This document shows, in pieces, positions 45,580 through 56,588 of a stretch of 64,000 nt of DNA. The stretch lies in NCBI GenBank assembly GCA_004764695.1, contig SMSO01000036.1, positions 806,001 through 870,000 on the forward strand, given 5' to 3'. Position 1 is the first letter of the stretch. Every line of letters begins with the position of its first letter. Source of the DNA: Schizochytrium sp. TIO01. Lineage: Eukaryota > Protista > Bigyra: Labyrinthulomycetes. A program made the translations under genes and the position numbers. The notes beneath the pieces were generated by a model. It saw only the letters and a list, made by a program, of their open reading frames with translations, had not been told where the DNA came from and searched no databases.

Positions 45580-46018
45580 CAAACGAACAAGTCTGGCTGC
45601 AAAGCCTCGATGATAATTTTCGAAAGTGAGATCTTATAATTTATATTCATAAATTATATCTCTTAAATCCTTTTTTTTTTTTCAGAGACAATTGTCGAAG
45701 AAATGAAAAAGGTCATTAGAGCTGCCTTTACGCAACTACCTATATACTTCTTTATTCAAGATATAATAACATAAAGTGCACGAAGCAATCCGTACGCCAT
45801 ACGCTCTTTTCGATTTTAAACTTCTTGGTTCGCTTATAAACTGACAAGAAACTAATTTGCAAGATTTAGCTGTGATATTAAGCTCTACAAATCAGGCATA
45901 TACATATATATATATATATGTTACAACTAACATGATTGATGATGTAAGCACTGTTCCTAGGTATCAATTACGAATAGACGCTCACGAGCTAGGCAAGCTA
46001 CCAGATAATTGTGTAATA

Positions 46019-48949
46019 TCAAGTAGGTGATAACCCTGGGTTGTTGCTTGTCCTACTATTTGACCCCTGACGAAGATTGCTCAGTGAAGGTTCCAGAGAA
46101 AGTTCCATAAAGCTCTCAAAGGGAGCCTTTAGCTTGCGCTCCAGATCTTCGATCTCAGCTTGGCATTTGCGACGTTCGATTTCCTTTTTACGAGCAAGTT
46201 CCTCCCGAGCTTGACGACGAAGCTGCTCCTTGTAAGCTTCATCCTCTTCTGATGCTGGCAGCGGAGACAGAGATTTTCCTGAGGAGGATGAGTATGCGCT
46301 GGAGGACCGGTCACGGAATGTGCTATGGCGACCCGGAAATGAGGGAGTCTGAGAAAACTTGTTTCGGAAATGCTCCAACTGAGAGGTAAGAACCTTAAGT
46401 TCTGATTCGGGCATATTTGCAGGGAGACAACCTTCAGCAACCATTTCCTTAACGGTTTCTGAAGGTGATTCATGAAGATCGAAAACGAACGTGATTCGTA
46501 GTTTTTTCCCATCAACACAAACCTTCAATTCAACATCGATACTATTAGGAAGCGAGTCACTTGGGTGTGCTGAGCATAGCCACTCTGAATCGCATTTTTT
46601 ATTATGAGAAGAAACTGAAGCGATTTCACTCGGGAGGGGGAGTGCGCCAGTAGAGTTCGACCTTACAGCTGTATCAGCTGTTGCAGAACCATACCGCATA
46701 TTGGTCGTAGTGGCGGAAGTAGAAGAAACTAAGCCATTGAGACTTGTTATATCAGGTTTTGTAGCAGGTGAGCTAGTTCTAGCGCATAACCTAGGTGGAG
46801 GTGGTATGGCCGTAGTAGATGAGCCTTTCAGAAGGCCAGCAGGAAAAGGTGAATTGTCTGGTGGAATAACTCCAGTGGATGCAGACCGAGCCCGCGTTTG
46901 TGCCCCTTCAAGGGTATCGAATCTCGAAGAATGAAGCTCAGTTTCTGACGGAGGGTTTTGCTGGCTTTGAGAGAAGGTATCAGAGTAAATGAGCGGCGAG
47001 CCATAATCAGACGAATGGTCTAGTGTCCTATAAGTGCTTGCAGAGGAGTGTGATCTGGATGAGGCTGAGCCTGAAACGACACCTTGTGATTGAGAGTCTA
47101 ACTCCTGCCAAAGTGTTGCGTTGTGCTCTGGATGTTGTCTCTCTTGCAAATACAGTTGTTGTTGCTGTTGCTGTTGCTCCTGTTGCTGTTCCTTCTGATG
47201 ATGCTGATAGCTTGTTTGTATTTCAGAAGAGAGGGGGGGGCAAGAGAAGTTAAGAGATGGAGACCTGTTCAGAGTGAGATCGACATTCTGGTCAGGAACG
47301 TCAATTGGAGTAGACAAGGGCTGCCGCTCTATGAGATCTTCTGAGCCCAAGGGCTCTATTTGACCAACCATTGGAGAAGACACAACGTCCTCATCAATTT
47401 CTAAGACAACAACATTATCTGGGTGTAACACTGAACTCATGTAGCTCGCAGAATCACTCGCTGGCAAGCTCTCACTTCCGATACTTGTTAGGCCTGCATC
47501 TGTATCAGAACGTTCTAGAGTACAAGCCTTGGCGATGCGATTTATACTGTCATCACAATCCCTTTCATTGTGGTTAGGATCAAAAACGTTAGTTTGTAAC
47601 AGACTGTTTGCATGGCTATGCGAATTGCTCACCTCGGAGAAGCTGGTACAAACCTGAGCCGGGTCTTGAGAAAGGTCATCAGTATGCACAACTTCATCAT
47701 TTAACTGCTTAGAAATTGTATGAGTTGGCTTATCATTGTCATTACTCTGTATATCATGAACAAAATCTGCACAGTCAACACCATTGTCCTCTTCTCGGTC
47801 GACCAAGAATGTGTCCAGCAGAAGCTCTTTGGCCGAGGGACGGCAGGAGCCTTTGACAGGCAATTCAATGCACTGCTTAATAAAAGTTACAGCTGCGGGC
47901 CACTGGATTTGTGAAAATGCAGCGGGTGGCTCACCTCGTGTGACTTTACGAAAGATTTGAGCTGCGGTGCCACATTCACTGTATGGAACCTCTTTGACCA
48001 CCATTTCTAAAACACACATTCCAAAAGCATATATGTCTACTTTTTCATCGTAGTGCTCATCATAAAGCTCTGGAGCCATGTACTCAGGTGTACCAAGAAT
48101 ACTTTGTCTATGTAGACTATCGCGACGCCACGAAGCTAGACCTAAGTCACCCAAGCGCAAGTCACCTGTACAACCATTGATAAAAACATTTTCGCACTTG
48201 AGGTCTCGATGTATAATTGGAGGTTGATGACTGTGCAGGTACTCCAAAGCACTAAGAATATCGCGACACCATCGCCGAAGCACATTAATGCATACTGGCC
48301 GATCCTGAATAAATTCTTGCAAACTTCCACTTGAAATCAACTCTGTAATGAATATGACAGTCATTTTCTTGTGGTCAAGCCAAGAACCGAAGAATTTGAT
48401 TATGCCAGGGTGGTTCAAAGTCTGTAGAATCCGCATTTCTTGAATTACACGGCGAGCTCCATTTGAATTTGGATCTGAAGAATCAACTCGTACAGTATTC
48501 CAGGCTACCTCCACACCCTTTTGTGAATCCCAGCCACGGAAGACACGCTTGAACGAACCCTCACCAATCAGGTCATTAAAGCGCACAAAGCGTCGCTTCG
48601 GTGAAGACTCGACAACTTTATAACCAGAAAAAAACTTTGTTTCGGATTGCTCATCTCCATCATCATAAACCTCTTCTCCTTCATTGGTGTCAATCTCGTC
48701 TTGAATTGAATCTTGCACAGAGTCTTCTTTGACAAGGCCGCCGGCCTGGTTGGGGTTACTGGTTGACGACACCGAGGCAGAAGGGGAGGAAGGGGTTGAT
48801 GAAGACGAAGAAGAGAGAGAAGAAATCAGACAGCTCTGTGCGGATAAGGAAGAGGAGGTAGAGTCACAATTACAGTTCTTGCTTAAACTCTTGTCACGAT
48901 GACCATCACCACATACCTCCTCACACGCCTTCACTTTCGGAGAATCCAT
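46019..48949 (-). CDS. WNK: WNK family Ser/Thr kinase
   Basis: IGEGSFKRVFRG (Lys in subdomain I), EVAWN (no VAIK Lys), FITEL, PPIIHRDLKCENVFING, LGDLGLA, GTPEYMAPELYDEHYDEKVDIYAFGMC. C-terminal CCT/PF2-like block RITFVFDLHESPSETVKEMV; internal polyQ. Confidence 0.93.
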   Translation of the reverse strand: MDSPKVKACEEVCGDGHRDKSLSKNCNCDSTSSSLSAQSCLISSLSSSSSSTPSSPSASVSSTSNPNQAGGLVKEDSVQDSIQDEIDTNEGEEVYDDGDEQSETKFFSGYKVVESSPKRRFVRFNDLIGEGSFKRVFRGWDSQKGVEVAWNTVRVDSSDPNSNGARRVIQEMRILQTLNHPGIIKFFGSWLDHKKMTVIFITELISSGSLQEFIQDRPVCINVLRRWCRDILSALEYLHSHQPPIIHRDLKCENVFINGCTGDLRLGDLGLASWRRDSLHRQSILGTPEYMAPELYDEHYDEKVDIYAFGMCVLEMVVKEVPYSECGTAAQIFRKVTRGEPPAAFSQIQWPAAVTFIKQCIELPVKGSCRPSAKELLLDTFLVDREEDNGVDCADFVHDIQSNDNDKPTHTISKQLNDEVVHTDDLSQDPAQVCTSFSEVSNSHSHANSLLQTNVFDPNHNERDCDDSINRIAKACTLERSDTDAGLTSIGSESLPASDSASYMSSVLHPDNVVVLEIDEDVVSSPMVGQIEPLGSEDLIERQPLSTPIDVPDQNVDLTLNRSPSLNFSCPPLSSEIQTSYQHHQKEQQQEQQQQQQQLYLQERQHPEHNATLWQELDSQSQGVVSGSASSRSHSSASTYRTLDHSSDYGSPLIYSDTFSQSQQNPPSETELHSSRFDTLEGAQTRARSASTGVIPPDNSPFPAGLLKGSSTTAIPPPPRLCARTSSPATKPDITSLNGLVSSTSATTTNMRYGSATADTAVRSNSTGALPLPSEIASVSSHNKKCDSEWLCSAHPSDSLPNSIDVELKVCVDGKKLRITFVFDLHESPSETVKEMVAEGCLPANMPESELKVLTSQLEHFRNKFSQTPSFPGRHSTFRDRSSSAYSSSSGKSLSPLPASEEDEAYKEQLRRQAREELARKKEIERRKCQAEIEDLERKLKAPFESFMELSLEPSLSNLRQGSNSRTSNNPGLSPT

Positions 48950-49866
48950 TGCTAATATGTTTTAACAGTCCAAGCTTCGCTTGCCTCAGAAGGCAAGAGA
49001 GCTTCTGTTTTCTTCAAAAACAGAAATAATTGTGCACGCTTACGTCACTCGCGTAGGAGCGCTCTTTGCTATTATTGTTATAGAACTACCCTTTCGAAAA
49101 CAATATGTTTTGATGCCATGCGCTCGTTAGTCTAGCCTTTGATGTAGAGACTTGTGAACATGCGCTGCACGATGACAGAATAAAGTATAGTGAAAGGATG
49201 CTATTCACAGTTGTAGTAGTGTTGGGCAAGTCGGCACTGGCCTAAATTGGCCTTTTGTCTCAGTGGCCCGGCGCAGATTTCTTTGTCCTTGTTCGAGCTT
49301 GAGCGAGAGTCCGTGCTGGTGCTAGGCGGTCGTCTTCGTGCTACCTGCTGGTGTTTCCGAACCGAAAATATTCGCTCCTGTGCTTGCCCTGGCCAAGTTT
49401 GCGAGGAATGGTGTATGTCACGTATAGGGCACCCAAGTTCTGTATGCGGAAGAGTCCTTACTCTTGCTCTTTTTCTCTCAGGCGTGCAAAGTCACTTTCT
49501 TGTGAGGGTTGAAAACCGCTAGGCTTCGTACACGTACTCTGTACGTAGTAGTGCGTAATGGTTAGCTACCTGGTTGACCTTACTTAAATACTTGCTCTAC
49601 CATGCCCACTAACAGTAATTACGTATTCCAATAAGCAGTACACCTCCACTCGACTCACTCGACTCGACTCAACTCAACTTAAGTTGACTGCCTCAACTCT
49701 TTCTCCAGGTCCTTCTCTTTTTGTTTTCCTTTTTTTCTTTCTTTTTTTTTAATTAGTCACAGGCCGGCCTAAATTTGAAATGCTTTGGAGCTTACTCTCT
49801 TCCTTTCTACCTTTCTCTAATACATCCTTTGGTGGCTACGTAGTATTATATAGTCACCATTAGGTA

Positions 49867-52750
49867 TTATTTTGGCTTGAGTGTCTTTTTACAACCCAAC
49901 CTACACAAATAAAAGTTTTAACTTTTACCTCTTTAACTAGAGAGAGTGAGTATGATCATCTACCTATAGGTACTAGCCGATGAGGCTATTCCCTACATCC
50001 TTTTACTAAAAAGAATACCGGTGGTCGTCGGGTGTTACCCAGAATAAAATGTATTCAAGTTCATTAGCGGTTGTTTTGACTTGAGTTTCTAACCCAAGTT
50101 AGAGGAGCAGCCTCTGACTTGTCGCTGGCAGACTGCTCGAAGTTGGTTTTGGCCATCTTTCGTACCTTGCGTTGTAGCTTTCACCTTTGCGGAAAGAGCA
50201 TATTTTCTATATCAAGAAATCTCAGAAAGACTCATGCAGGCCTCACCTAAAGTTGAGTTGGTTATCTCTATGTGAAGCTCCTACTGGCAAGTTGCGTTGA
50301 GCTCGAAATTATGGTATACCGGCTTCATGAACAACTTTTGAGCCTTAGGTACAAAGTAGCAAGAACCCACTCTCGCCGCTACTAGTGGTAGGTAGATAAG
50401 TGGTATATAGATACCGACATAGTAAGACATAGTAATCAGAATTTTGTTTTAAAAAATATTAACTCATCTATTTGTTCTATTTATTACTTGCTGATTCTTC
50501 TGACTTAAACTTTTACCAACAAAAAGATTTAACATATTTCCTCTGACTAGTGAGAGTGCACTCATCTAAGTGGCGTCTTGCGAGCCTGCCAGTGCCATGT
50601 CCTATCTGAGTCACCTAATAATCTCAGAGGCTGAGAGCATTGCTTTTCCTTGCGATAGTATAACGCTAGGTGAGTTACAATTTTGTCGTTTGCATTCAAG
50701 CTTATGATGAAAATTGCTGAAAGAGTAAGTTACCCCAGGAGCTCACCTGGAAACTACGAATGCCAGTGGATTGGGCGAAACTGATGATGCATGAATTTAG
50801 ACACATCCAATCTTAAGTTCATGAACTTAGAGAAACCCTGATTTTGCCATGGAGATATATGCTACCTACTGAGTATATGGACAATGCTAGAGGTGACAAT
50901 CACTTGCAGCACTGAATGTCCGCCTTCAAGCTGTTTAAAGTGGTACCTAGGTATGGTAGGTATGGTGTGGCTTCGTGTTCAATAAGTAATTGTTTTGGCT
51001 TGAGTTTTCACCAAAGCTAAATTTATTATCTCTGCGTAGTGAGAGTGCTTCATGTTTTATTCTGATGTCTTTACGATGAAGAATAGGTGCCACCATGATC
51101 ATAGCTCACCAAACTATTACTTGGACATTACAATGTTTTTGTTCCCTCATTAAGGTAATTCCTGTGATTGCCTTCTCGAGAATCATCACGAGCGGTTGCT
51201 TTCCCTTGAGTTTTTACCTAAGTTACGATTTTGAAAGGAAAGGAGTTAAGTAGGGAGAACGGGAGATAATCTTCATTACAATTTTGACACACAAAGTGCT
51301 AAGTATGTAGTTCGAAGTCGATTTCAATTTCCCTCTGATCATTTAGAAAGCCTCCCTAAAACCTTTTTACTTGGGTAGCAATCCAAGTCAAATGCTAATT
51401 TCCATTACGTATGCCATAGTTAATGGCTAAGTTTTCTTCTAAATTCAGATAGCGATCAATAAAAGGCGGTGCTGCTCTTTGGGCAAGATTGCAAGGAAGA
51501 GCTATTGAGCACCAACACACGTAAGTAGGTAGGTGCCTAGGTAGTAGTCTTCAGACTAATATTCATCAACATTATATAGTAAGCAGTCTTTTACAACTTA
51601 TGAGTCTAAGTTATGAAAGTCCTTTTCAATTTTTGCATGTCTGCCCTTATAGCGTCCTCGCGGCCTTGGTTAAGGCGAAGAAGTATATCTCCAGCGTTTA
51701 TAAAAGGTGCGCACCCAAGTACTTCGACTCGCAATCTTGAAAACTCGAAGTTCTTCAAAGTTGTTGACTATATGGAACAAGTATTCATAAAGGACGCGAA
51801 CCGGAGAGAGAAAATAGAAGATAGTGCAGGGGAATATGAGATTCTAACTTTCTCCAACCTTTCCCTTTTGACATTTAAAAGATTTATGGGGGTGAGGTGT
51901 TTAAGCAGTAAGAACAAATTAGAACAATATGAAACGCTGCGAATGGGCACTCTCACTAGTCAGAGGCACTGAGCTTAAATCTTTTAATTGGGGTAAAAAA
52001 CTTAAGCCAAACTCAATAGCCAATGGGGAATCTTTGCTGTCGTCGTACAAGGCATAGATCAAGTACCTAGCTAGCTGGATAGTACCTCACCTCGAGGTTT
52101 TACTTAAGTGAAAGAATTCATTCATTCATAGCAGGAATTTCTAAGAGCTCTATCAACGTACTCTCAGTTGCTATATTATATAACTCTAGAGGTAGGTAGT
52201 TACTCCTACCCATGGTTTTCCAATCTTCTCCTCAGCATCGCCTTTGGCATGCGTTTTATTCTTTGACCAGCACGTCAGGATTCCTATCCTCATTGAAGCT
52301 TATTTCATTATGGCCTGGTTGAGCAACCGTGTTGAGTGCTGTTTTCTTCGACTTCCTACCTACCTACCTAAGAGCAATCTTTTTATGCTGTACGAAGCAT
52401 CCCAGATACCCTCAGGAATACTCAAGAATTACTTCGGCTGCAATGAGTGAGCAATGAACCTTTTGCTAGTCACTTTCCACTGAGCTTCGTAAGATCCTCC
52501 GAGTCTGGAACGCGGTGCAGCACGTTGCAAACAAATTGCGACTTTGGTGCTTTCTCACCTTGTATTCTTCTTCAGTTTTATGATAGGCTTTTAAAAAATT
52601 ACTTTTTTAAATTTGTCCAAAGTAAAAGAATTACACATACCTACATGCTAGGTCTTAACTACCTACCAATACAGAGTAGTGAATTCACCATAACTCATCA
52701 GAGGCAACCACTACCTACTTTTCTACCATGGTAAAAAGCTAAAACAAACT
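49867..52750. repeat. Cluster of the dispersed ~75-bp repeat (about 7 copies, both orientations)
   Basis: Copies at ~49867-49950(+), 50070-50125(+), 50493-50561(+), 50989-51050(+), 51196-51230(+, partial), 51946-52020(-), 52695-52750(-, degenerate). Consensus TTGTTTTGGCTTGAGTTTTTACCCAAGCTAAAAGATTTAA-n8-CCTCTGACTAGTGAGAGTGC. Confidence 0.65.
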
Positions 52751-53504
52751 CGTTACTGTGAATAGTTCTTTTTACTATTTGGCATCGCCCTGGTTGAGAA
52801 CTTCGAGGGGCTTCTTCGTTCGAATAGACAAATTCGGTTTAATTTTTATTAAAGTATTTACTAAAGAGAGCTAGTCGTTGCAACTCGCGTTTCTCGTCAG
52901 ACTCTATCTTGAAAGGTTACGCTGGAAGTGGTAACTCTATTTCTGTACCCTCCCCTCTTTAGGCTTGCAGGCTGAGTTTAAAGAACTGAATGCTATCATG
53001 AATGTAGATCCACTTGAGTTGAGTTTTGAAAAAGACAAAGAAGAAGAATTGACGCAGATAACAATTTAATATATCAGGCACTCCATGTGCGTCATCCATG
53101 GAAGCGCTTAGCAATTTGATGTAAACAACAGGCAAAGTTCAAGAAATCAATGCAAACTGGTCCAGCTATCATTGTTCGTCAATACTAAACCTAAGTCCAA
53201 AAAAGAAAAGGAATGGAAAGGAAAGAGGAAAAAAAGTCGGGCTTTTTGCTGGGCCACAAAGCTATATCAGGAGTTTCTCTATCGGGTAGGAAGCGGAGTA
53301 TAAAAAGAACTCGTTTTGCTGATGTATTTAATTCATTATCGGCGTTTCAATTTACTTTATATGTGTTGCTGGATATAAATCTACAAGGAGCCTCTGATTC
53401 CGATTTGTAGGCTAGGAAGCTTCATTTCGTAGCGTGCATTTTAAACAACTCTAATTAGCTGTATACTTCCAATATTTGTCTATCGTTTACCTCTCAGTAA
53501 CTAA

Positions 53505-55646
53505 CTATATGTCAACATCAGGCCCACCGCTAAAGTCGATGTTCTTGCCCTCGTCCTCAACCCCTACGTCTTCAAAACTTTCAGATAGAACTGCCGAAAG
53601 GCTTTGCTGAACGGGCACAGCATGAGGTGGTGATATTTTGAAATGAGCATGAATTAAATTTTCGTGGAGGTAAAACCTGCTCAAAAAAAGAATCCAACGC
53701 AGACCAAACGGAAGCCAACTGGCTTCATTATCGCCCCGAACTGCTGACTTCGCATAGACCATAAAGCGATTCCGGTTGCTGCCGCCTAGCTTATCATTCA
53801 AATCCTTGATCAGGTGCATAGTTTTTAGAACAAGCACCATGTCATCAGGAAGTTTATCCGCAAGACTTCCAATATCCGCAAGCCCGAGCTTTGATATCCC
53901 AAGACGAGCTTTTATATCACGCAGCTCTGCTGCTGTGAGACGTGCTTGCTCCCCGAGATGAGCCTGTGTGTCCACAGTTCGATTGACAAAGACGAACGGC
54001 ATCAAATCCCACAAGGAGGGCATGCCCATCGCCTGGCAGGTCGCTTGCAAAGACACTTGGTCCTGCAGAATCATTGCTTTCCACAGTCGACAATTCTGTT
54101 GACGAAAATCTTCACCTAAATCCCGGTACAAGCCATGGTCAAGAAGCACAACCGAGGTTGGGATATTTCCTTTGCCTGGACAAACTAGGAGATTACCTGG
54201 ATGGGGATCACAATGTACAAAGCCGTACTCGAATATCATTGCTGCAAATGCATCCAAAACAATGCTGGCAACCTCGTTGCAGTCTACTCCCATAGCTTTA
54301 AGTTCTTGTACACGACTGATTGGAATCCCTTTAATGTAATCCATACAAATAAGACGAGGAGTGGTCAACTCCCACTGAACACTGGGCACCCTAACAGTTT
54401 GAGATAACCTGGCGTCACCACGAAAATTCTTTGCTGAACGTTCGCAATTCTGAGCCTCTTCTAAAAAATCTAGCTCTCGGCTTAAATTTTCTTCAAACTC
54501 TCGCACGGCCCAGTCCAAAGAGAAACCTTCATTGGAAAATAGCCATGTGGCAACTGTATTTAAGTACTTCACAAGGTGCAAGTCACTTCTAAGGACACGG
54601 TGTAAATCCCGGTGTTGTACTTTTAGAGCAACAACTCTACCATCTTTAAGCGTTGCGCGATGCACCTGCGCCAGAGAGGCACAACCGACAGGATCAGGAT
54701 CAATATCTGCCAATGCATTAGCTAAGGCGTCATTGCCAAGTTCTTCTTCTAGCGTTTTCCAAATTTCAGACACCGGTCGCGCACTAGCACGATCCTGCAG
54801 AGTTCCAAGTTGTTCAATATATTGAGAAGGCAGAGCTCCTTTCAAACTTGCTGCATGTTGACCAATCTTCACAAATATGCCTCCATTTTGACGGCACAAT
54901 TCCAAAATGTGCTCTGCCCCAGAAGCATGAACAGCCTCTCTAATTTTGAGCCTTTCCTCAGCAGATTTACCGTGAGAAATGAATTTAGCCCATTTATAAA
55001 TTAAAGCAACACGACAAAATGAGACAATCGTGCGAGACATGCGCACGCTATCCATGAAGAGTGCTTCGGCACGCTGCTTTACATCTTGCGCATGTGGGTC
55101 TTGGATGAGAAGCCGCCCGTGGTTCTCTTTGCACTCAACGAGGTCACCGTAAGAGGTAAAAACCCATGTTGAGATAATGCCTCCAGCTACAAGAGAAGCC
55201 AATATAAAAGCAGTCTTTGGTCTTCTACGAGGTGAATTGAGCACCTCCGTGGTTAAGGTTGAGAAAAGTGCCTTTCTCCCAACTACACAGCCCCGAACCT
55301 TATGAGCTCCGGAGAGGTATGAATTAAGCGACAGCAGCTGTAACCGCGGCTGATTACAACGATAGACTTGAAAGTCTCGAGATGCTCGACTACGAGAGCT
55401 CAATCCTAATCGAAGAGAGGCGAGAACTCGCATACCTTTGTTCGGGGTAGAGTAAAGACGGGCTCCTTCAGATTGTTGTTGAATACCGAGGCATGTCCGT
55501 GAACCTGTTGGCACACCAGTGGAGCCTAAAGTTAGGAGGCCTCGACTGTTTCCTTTTAAGAGGTTGTGGCAACGTGTTTGCACCCCTGAAGAGATTGGTG
55601 GTGAGGCTTTGGGCCCCCATGCTCGTTGAAGTGCAAGCCCACGCAT
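53505..55646 (-). CDS. ABC1/AarF atypical kinase (ADCK1/ADCK5-like), probably mitochondrial
   Basis: NGGIFVKIGQH, LQDRA, PVGCASLAQVHRA, VALKVQH, ELDFLEEA.N, ICMDYIKG, GFVHCDPHPGN, LLDHGLY; Arg/Ser-rich transit-peptide-like N-terminus and one TM segment. Confidence 0.92.
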   Translation of the reverse strand: MRGLALQRAWGPKASPPISSGVQTRCHNLLKGNSRGLLTLGSTGVPTGSRTCLGIQQQSEGARLYSTPNKGMRVLASLRLGLSSRSRASRDFQVYRCNQPRLQLLSLNSYLSGAHKVRGCVVGRKALFSTLTTEVLNSPRRRPKTAFILASLVAGGIISTWVFTSYGDLVECKENHGRLLIQDPHAQDVKQRAEALFMDSVRMSRTIVSFCRVALIYKWAKFISHGKSAEERLKIREAVHASGAEHILELCRQNGGIFVKIGQHAASLKGALPSQYIEQLGTLQDRASARPVSEIWKTLEEELGNDALANALADIDPDPVGCASLAQVHRATLKDGRVVALKVQHRDLHRVLRSDLHLVKYLNTVATWLFSNEGFSLDWAVREFEENLSRELDFLEEAQNCERSAKNFRGDARLSQTVRVPSVQWELTTPRLICMDYIKGIPISRVQELKAMGVDCNEVASIVLDAFAAMIFEYGFVHCDPHPGNLLVCPGKGNIPTSVVLLDHGLYRDLGEDFRQQNCRLWKAMILQDQVSLQATCQAMGMPSLWDLMPFVFVNRTVDTQAHLGEQARLTAAELRDIKARLGISKLGLADIGSLADKLPDDMVLVLKTMHLIKDLNDKLGGSNRNRFMVYAKSAVRGDNEASWLPFGLRWILFLSRFYLHENLIHAHFKISPPHAVPVQQSLSAVLSESFEDVGVEDEGKNIDFSGGPDVDI

Positions 55647-55942
55647 GGAGCTTGGTTTGCTCGTTGATCGTAATGTGATGTGCAGCGTTCAAACAAGTCG
55701 TAGTAGGTTGTGTGCTGTGACTACTTGAAAAAGTCTTTTCTTTTTTTTCTTTTCTTTTGCTGGGCATATCACCTAATAGGAAATAATAGGAAACAATAGG
55801 TAGAATACTCTCGGGCTTCAATCAATCAAATTTTCCAAAATTCTTCCATTCATTTACTCTTTTCCTTGAACCTCAATTACTAGTGCCAGTACTTGAAGAT
55901 ACCTACTACCCAGGTGTTTCCCTGCATGCATATCCGTGAGTG

Positions 55943-56000
55943 ATTGTTTTGACTTGAGTTTCTACACAAATCAAAGGATTAATAGGAGTGGCCTCTATGA
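55943..56000 (+). repeat. Copy of the dispersed ~75-bp repeat
   Basis: attgttttgacttgagtttctacacaaatcaaaggattaa...cctct; about the first 20 nt are identical to the copy at 50071. Confidence 0.55.
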
Positions 56001-56399
56001 TCTAGGTTAGATGGACATGCTGGTTAGCTTCTTCAAGAACAACGATTGGTACTTACCCTACCTCAGCGTGCCTACCAGGAAAAGAACGCAGTGTCAGGAA
56101 AAGAACGCAGTGTTAGCTGAGTGAGTAAATAGATGATATGTTACTCTTAGTATCCCTAGCTAGTAGAATTTAGATATAGTAGTATCAGGTACTGCTAGTA
56201 ATAGCAGGTAATATTCACTAGATAATAGATTTTAATTTGCTACCTCTGCTAGCGAGAATGCAATAACTACATTTACTTAGGGTAAGGTAGGGTGCCTGCC
56301 TACCTATCTATGTACCTACCTACTTATCATATTTATGATATTGGTATTCTGTACACATACTATTACTCCTATGCATGATACAGGCAAGATAAATTCACA

Positions 56400-56468
56400 A
56401 TAATAATTATTATTACTATTATTATTATTATTATTATTAACATTATTATTACTATTATTATTATTATA
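56400..56468. repeat. (TAT)n imperfect microsatellite upstream of SRP72
   Basis: taataattattattactattattattattattattatt... Confidence 0.85.
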
Positions 56469-56588
56469 AGTCTGGAAGAGTTTGAGGAAAAATTGAACAA
56501 AAACTCAAACACAAAAGGAGACAAATAAACATATAAAAAACACGCTGGCAGGCAGCCTTTTCAGACTACTGCTGTGACGTTCGCGCTC

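Noticed and set aside
50780-50845. TGATGA...CTGA with the 16-bp palindrome TAAGTTCATGAACTTA as a possible C/D snoRNA
   Set aside because: Imperfect box C, weak terminal stem and no rRNA-complementary guide identified.
51613-51972. 119-aa intergenic ORF
   Set aside because: Ends inside a dispersed-repeat copy and shows no domain signal.
56077-56113. 19-bp direct duplication CAGGAAAAGAACGCAGTGT
   Set aside because: Simple local tandem duplication with no element between the copies, so not a TSD.
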